Shown one piece after another: positions 59,824 to 64,000 of a DNA stretch of 64,000 bases (positions within the stretch are counted from its first letter, which is position 1; every line of letters starts with the position of its first letter). The notes under the pieces were generated by a model, which was not told the DNA's origin, searched no databases, and saw nothing but the letters and a program-made list of their open reading frames with translations. Source of the DNA: an uncultured Candidatus Saccharibacteria bacterium (GTDB lineage: Bacteria; Patescibacteriota; Minisyncoccia; RBG-13-40-8-A); assembly GCA_965231075.1 (NCBI GenBank), contig OZ246412.1:91903-155902 (forward strand), read 5' to 3'. The position numbers and the translations under genes are program-made.

Positions 59824-62361
59824 ATGTTTGATTTAGAAAAAAACAATTTTGTTTATAGGTCGGTGCAACTAGAAAGGGTTTTTCCTCTTAGAATTATGCG
59901 AATTTGGGGGATCGTGCTCATATTAATTGCATTAATATTTTTTCTGGGAATTTTTAAACCGGGATTTTTAAATCTAAATTCGCAACAAAATTTTGCCTTA
60001 TTTATAATTTTCGTTTGTTGTTTTGTGATTTGCATTATTTATGTTGCCTTCATTGATGCTTTGCGTCAGAATTTTTTAATTAAAACATCCTTATCAGAGC
60101 GTTTATCGCAAGAAAAAATTAAAGACGTGAACTTGGCCGAATATTTGGACTTTAGGGTTGCACGAGCGATTATTAAATCAATAAAATTTTGTCAAAGAAA
60201 AAAGAGGGGACTAAATGTTTTCATGGTTGTTTATAATCTTTGGAGCGATTCACGAGGCAGAGACATTTTTACTAAACTAGGACTAGAAGAGAATTTGTTT
60301 AAAGAAAAATTAACAACAGAAATCAAGAAAAATGTTGAGGCAATCGTTGATGAGCAGAAATTTATTGTTACGCTAAAAAGAGCCACGGCCTTGGCAATAT
60401 CCCATTTTCACAGAAATATTGATATTCGAGATTTTCTAATTGCTGCCGCGGAAGAAGATGAAAATTTTCTTGATATTTTATCTAAAAACGAGATGAATTC
60501 TGAAGACGTTGATCGCGTAGCAGTTTGGGAGGACTATATTGAAAATGAGATTAGAAGAAAAAGTCAGTTTTGGAAGCTAGATAACTTATTGCGCAAAAGG
60601 GGAGTTGGTAAACGATGGGCTGCGGGCTACACTGTGAATTTGGACAACTACAGTGTTGAAATTAATGATATTTTCAAAAAACAAGATCTTTCAATTCATT
60701 TAATGGGTCATCAAAAAGAAATCTATGCAATCGAAAGAATTTTGTCGCGTAGTGGAGAAAATAACGTTTTGTTGGTTGGGGAATCGGGATCCGGTAGATC
60801 GACGGTTGCATATGGCTTTGCCAAAAAAGCCATCGAAGGAAGATCGTTTTCGAATTTAAACGATAAAAGAATTTTAGAATTAGACATGCAGGCAGTTCTT
60901 TCGGGAATCAGCGATCCCGGAAAAATATTGGAAAGATTAAGAATAATTTTTTCCGAAGCCGTGAGTGCGGGAAACATAATTTTAATCATCGACGAAATAC
61001 ACAACTACTTAGGAGTTGATAAGGGTCCAGGGACAGTAGATATCACTTCGGTTTTATTGCCATATTTAAGTTCTTCAAATTTTCAAATTATTGGTTTAAC
61101 GACTTTTGACGGTTGGCACAGATATATTGAAAACAACGCATCAGTAAAAAATCTTTTTGTTAAGGTAGAAATGAATGTTTTGACTCAGGAACAAATAATT
61201 TTCATTCTTCAGGACATGTTGCCCAAATTTGAGAAACAATATGGCGTTTTTGTAAGTTATAAAATTCTAAGAAACATAGTTCAGCTAACAGATCGTTACA
61301 TTCAAGACAAGCCATTTCCCCAAAAAGCAATTGATATTTTAACGGAGGTATTAATTTATGCTAAACAGAAAGGCGAAAAAGTTATTCCGCCAGAATATGT
61401 TAATCGTATTGTTTCCGAAAGAGTAGAAATCCCCATTGGTGTAATCAAGGAAGATGAAAAGAAAAAACTTTTAGAATTAGAGCAAAGAATACATCAACGA
61501 GTAGTTGATCAAGAGGAGGCAGTAAAAAGTATTGCTCAGGCAATGCGTAGGGCGAGAGTGGGGATTAAATCTCGCAAAAGACCGATTGGGAGCTTCTTAT
61601 TTCTTGGTCCTACCGGCGTAGGTAAAACCGAAACCTCTAAGGCTCTAGCGGAAGCATATTTTGGTTCGGAGACAAAAATGATTAGGTTTGATATGTCGGA
61701 ATATCAGGAAATTTCTAATATTAGTCGTTTAATTGGTTCCATGGAAAAAGACGAACCGGGACTTTTGGCCAAGGCCGTTTTAGATGATCCCTTTTCGGTT
61801 GTTTTATTAGATGAAATCGAAAAAGCTCATCCCAATATCTTAAATCTATTTTTACAGGTTCTTGACGAAGGATTTTTGACTGATGCTTTTGGCAGAAAAA
61901 TAAATTTTTCGGAATCGATTATTATCGGCACATCTAATGCCGGAGCAGAACTAATCAGACAATGTGTGAGACAGGGAAGAGATCTTCAGTCATTTAAAGA
62001 CGATTTAGTTGATTATTTAATGAAAGAGGGAATATTTAGAGCTGAATTTTTGAACCGCTTCGATGCAACGGTAGTATTTAAACCGTTGGCTCATGAACAC
62101 TTAATTAAGATTGCAATTTTGATGATGAACGATTTATCAAAAAGATTATTAGAGGGGACGGGAGTAAGACTGGTGGTTACCCCCGACCTAATTGAAAAAA
62201 TTGTTAAAATCGGATATAAACCAGAGTTTGGCGCAAGACCAATGAGAAGGGCAATTCAAGATGAAATCGAAAGTCGGGTCGCAAAAATAATTTTAGAGCA
62301 AGACTTAAAACGTGGTGATTTTGTAAAAATCGAAGCAAGTGAAATTGGCGGTGGAGTGTAA
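59824..62361 (+). CDS. Membrane-anchored ClpA/ClpB-family AAA+ ATPase
   Basis: Two N-terminal TM segments; NBD1 GESGSGRS and IIDEIH; NBD2 GPTGVGKT, LDEIEKAH, FGARPMRR. Confidence 0.9.
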   Translation: MFDLEKNNFVYRSVQLERVFPLRIMRIWGIVLILIALIFFLGIFKPGFLNLNSQQNFALFIIFVCCFVICIIYVAFIDALRQNFLIKTSLSERLSQEKIKDVNLAEYLDFRVARAIIKSIKFCQRKKRGLNVFMVVYNLWSDSRGRDIFTKLGLEENLFKEKLTTEIKKNVEAIVDEQKFIVTLKRATALAISHFHRNIDIRDFLIAAAEEDENFLDILSKNEMNSEDVDRVAVWEDYIENEIRRKSQFWKLDNLLRKRGVGKRWAAGYTVNLDNYSVEINDIFKKQDLSIHLMGHQKEIYAIERILSRSGENNVLLVGESGSGRSTVAYGFAKKAIEGRSFSNLNDKRILELDMQAVLSGISDPGKILERLRIIFSEAVSAGNIILIIDEIHNYLGVDKGPGTVDITSVLLPYLSSSNFQIIGLTTFDGWHRYIENNASVKNLFVKVEMNVLTQEQIIFILQDMLPKFEKQYGVFVSYKILRNIVQLTDRYIQDKPFPQKAIDILTEVLIYAKQKGEKVIPPEYVNRIVSERVEIPIGVIKEDEKKKLLELEQRIHQRVVDQEEAVKSIAQAMRRARVGIKSRKRPIGSFLFLGPTGVGKTETSKALAEAYFGSETKMIRFDMSEYQEISNISRLIGSMEKDEPGLLAKAVLDDPFSVVLLDEIEKAHPNILNLFLQVLDEGFLTDAFGRKINFSESIIIGTSNAGAELIRQCVRQGRDLQSFKDDLVDYLMKEGIFRAEFLNRFDATVVFKPLAHEHLIKIAILMMNDLSKRLLEGTGVRLVVTPDLIEKIVKIGYKPEFGARPMRRAIQDEIESRVAKIILEQDLKRGDFVKIEASEIGGGV

Positions 62362-62365
62362 AAGC

Positions 62366-62549
62366 TGTGCATAACTTTTTGGTGGTTTTGTAAAATTTCC
62401 CTCTACATAGAGGGAAATTTTTGTTTTGGCGAAGAGGGCTCGCTCCGACCTTGCGTCGGGGTTGACACGTGTATTTTAGTGGATTAAAATGTAATCAAGG
62501 TGGTGATATGTGGATAAAAGTGTTAATAAGTAACCGTATTTGTGGACAA
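62366..62549 (+). promoter_or_regulatory. mraZ/dcw promoter with DnaA boxes and MraZ-type GTG repeats
   Basis: TTGACA(62462)-17-TAAAAT; TGTGCATAA 62366, TGTGGATAA 62509, TGTGGACAA 62541; GTGG/GTGT at 62500, 62510, 62520. Confidence 0.7.
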
Positions 62550-62576
62550 AGGTCCTAAGAGGAACAAGACAAATAA

Positions 62577-63008
62577 ATGTTAATTGGCGAATATACACAC
62601 ACAATTGATGATAAAAAACGACTAGCGATTCCTGCAAAAATCAGGAAGGAGCTTGGCGCTAAGGCGGTTATTACCAGGGGACTGGATAACTGTCTTTTTA
62701 TTTATCCATCTAAAGAGTGGCAAAAATTAGTAGAAAAATTGAGCAATTTGCCAATTGGTCAGCGCGATACTAGGGGATTTAGTCGTTTAATGCTTGCGGG
62801 CGCAAGTGAGGTTGACTTAGACACATTGGGTAGGGTGCTTGTTCCTGATTATTTAAAAGAATACGCTCAACTTAAAAAGAATGTTGTGATTGCAGGAGTT
62901 TATAATCGTTTAGAAATTTGGGACGAAACCAAATGGAACACATTCAAGAATCAAAGCGAGAAAGAAGTCGACAATATTGCTGAACGCTTGGGTAATTTGG
63001 GCGTTTAA
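62577..63008 (+). CDS. mraZ: Division/cell wall cluster regulator MraZ
   Basis: GEYTHTIDDKKRL, D.LGRVLVP, RLEIWD. Confidence 0.96.
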   Translation: MLIGEYTHTIDDKKRLAIPAKIRKELGAKAVITRGLDNCLFIYPSKEWQKLVEKLSNLPIGQRDTRGFSRLMLAGASEVDLDTLGRVLVPDYLKEYAQLKKNVVIAGVYNRLEIWDETKWNTFKNQSEKEVDNIAERLGNLGV

Positions 63009-63014
63009 CGTCCT

Positions 63015-63878
63015 ATGCACAAATCCGTACTTTTAAACGAAGTAATTGAATATCTAAATCCACAACCCCACGAAAATTTTATCGATTGTACAATTGGAGA
63101 GGCTGGTCACAGTTTAAAAATATTAGAAAAAACGGCTCCCGATGGAAAAATTTTAGGAATTGACGCAGACAGAGAATCCTTAAAAAGAATTCAACCAATA
63201 TCAAGATTAATTTTGGTAAGCGGGAATTTCAAAGATCTCAAAACAATTGCAGAGGAAAATAATTTTATTAAAGTAGATGGCGTCTTATTTGACTTAGGAT
63301 TATCGAGTTGGCAACTTGATGAAAGCGAGAAGGGATTCTCGTACAAAAAAGACGAACCTCTGACAATGATTTTTAATAGCAGCCAGGTAGTCACGGCTCA
63401 AGAAATAATTAATACCTGGCCAGAAGAAGAATTAGTTAAGATCTTTCGGGACTACGGCGAAGAAAGATTCTCTAGAAAAATTGTACAAAAAATTGTGCAA
63501 CGTAGGGGATTGAGTCCTATTCAAACAACTTCACAACTATTTGAGATTATTAAAAAAAGTGTTTTTTACAAACCTGACCGAACAGCAGCAAGAATATTTC
63601 AGGCCTTAAGAATTGTTGTAAATGATGAATTAGAGAATTTAAAAAAGGGACTAGATCAGGCTTTTCAAATTTTAAATCAAGGAGGTAGAGTAGTGGTTAT
63701 TTCGTTTCATTCATTGGAAGATCGTATCGTAAAATGGTTCTTTAAAGATTTAGAAAAACAGGGGAAGATAAAAATTTTAACCAAGAAACCAATTACCGCT
63801 GAAGAATCAGAACTTATTACTAATTCTCGTAGCCGTAGTGCAAAACTACGAGCCGCGATGTATATTGGGGAGATCTAA
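63015..63878 (+). CDS. rsmH: 16S rRNA m4C1402 methyltransferase
   Basis: HKSVLL, DLGLSS.QLD, FQALRI.VN.EL, ISFHSLEDR, RSRSAKLR. Confidence 0.96.
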   Translation: MHKSVLLNEVIEYLNPQPHENFIDCTIGEAGHSLKILEKTAPDGKILGIDADRESLKRIQPISRLILVSGNFKDLKTIAEENNFIKVDGVLFDLGLSSWQLDESEKGFSYKKDEPLTMIFNSSQVVTAQEIINTWPEEELVKIFRDYGEERFSRKIVQKIVQRRGLSPIQTTSQLFEIIKKSVFYKPDRTAARIFQALRIVVNDELENLKKGLDQAFQILNQGGRVVVISFHSLEDRIVKWFFKDLEKQGKIKILTKKPITAEESELITNSRSRSAKLRAAMYIGEI

Positions 63879-63948
63879 GTTTTCACTTGGATCCTTAGGT
63901 GGGGTAGACCCCCACCCAAGAAAAGCCTAAATACTAAATTCTAAAATC

Positions 63949-64000
63949 ATGACAGTAGCGTCGTTAACACATATGAACGTTGTTCGTTCTCGTCGATCTG
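63949..64000 (+). CDS. Start of the next gene (ftsL position), truncated by the window
   Basis: ATG 63949 is open to the window end; supported by position only. Confidence 0.3.
   Translation, partial: MTVASLTHMNVVRSRRS

Noticed and set aside
62362-62576. oriC
   Set aside because: Only about three DnaA boxes, no dnaA or dnaN nearby and no clear unwinding element; promoter regulation is the simpler explanation.

Overview
AT-rich bacterial chromosome segment whose gene content and style (short RF1 and EF-Ts, rplK with no rplA after it, few SD sites) point to a Patescibacteria/CPR (Parcubacteria-like) genome; this assignment is inferred. Most of the window is housekeeping: tsaD, prfB with its +1 frameshift, ftsEX, typA, ligA, gatCA, gyrB, secE-nusG-rplK, a glycolysis/pentose-phosphate cluster, prfA-rpmE, rpsB-tsf, rpmG, mltG, rplJL, mraZ-rsmH and 12 intact tRNAs. 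The main accessory system is a complete diversity-generating retroelement (DGR) at about 4056-7765. Its VR (5751-5886) and TR (6240-6375) differ at 18 positions, all TR adenines, and its avd gene is inverted and abuts the RT start codon with no gap. Other notable signals are: a family of short GC-rich palindromes and heptamer arrays that sit in frame inside essential genes (five in tsaD) and next to promoters; a GIY-YIG gene nested among one intact and two palindrome-disrupted tRNA-Trp copies; and a set of solitary GC-richer promoter-SD-ORF-terminator cassettes. All calls are by eye; no database searches were run.
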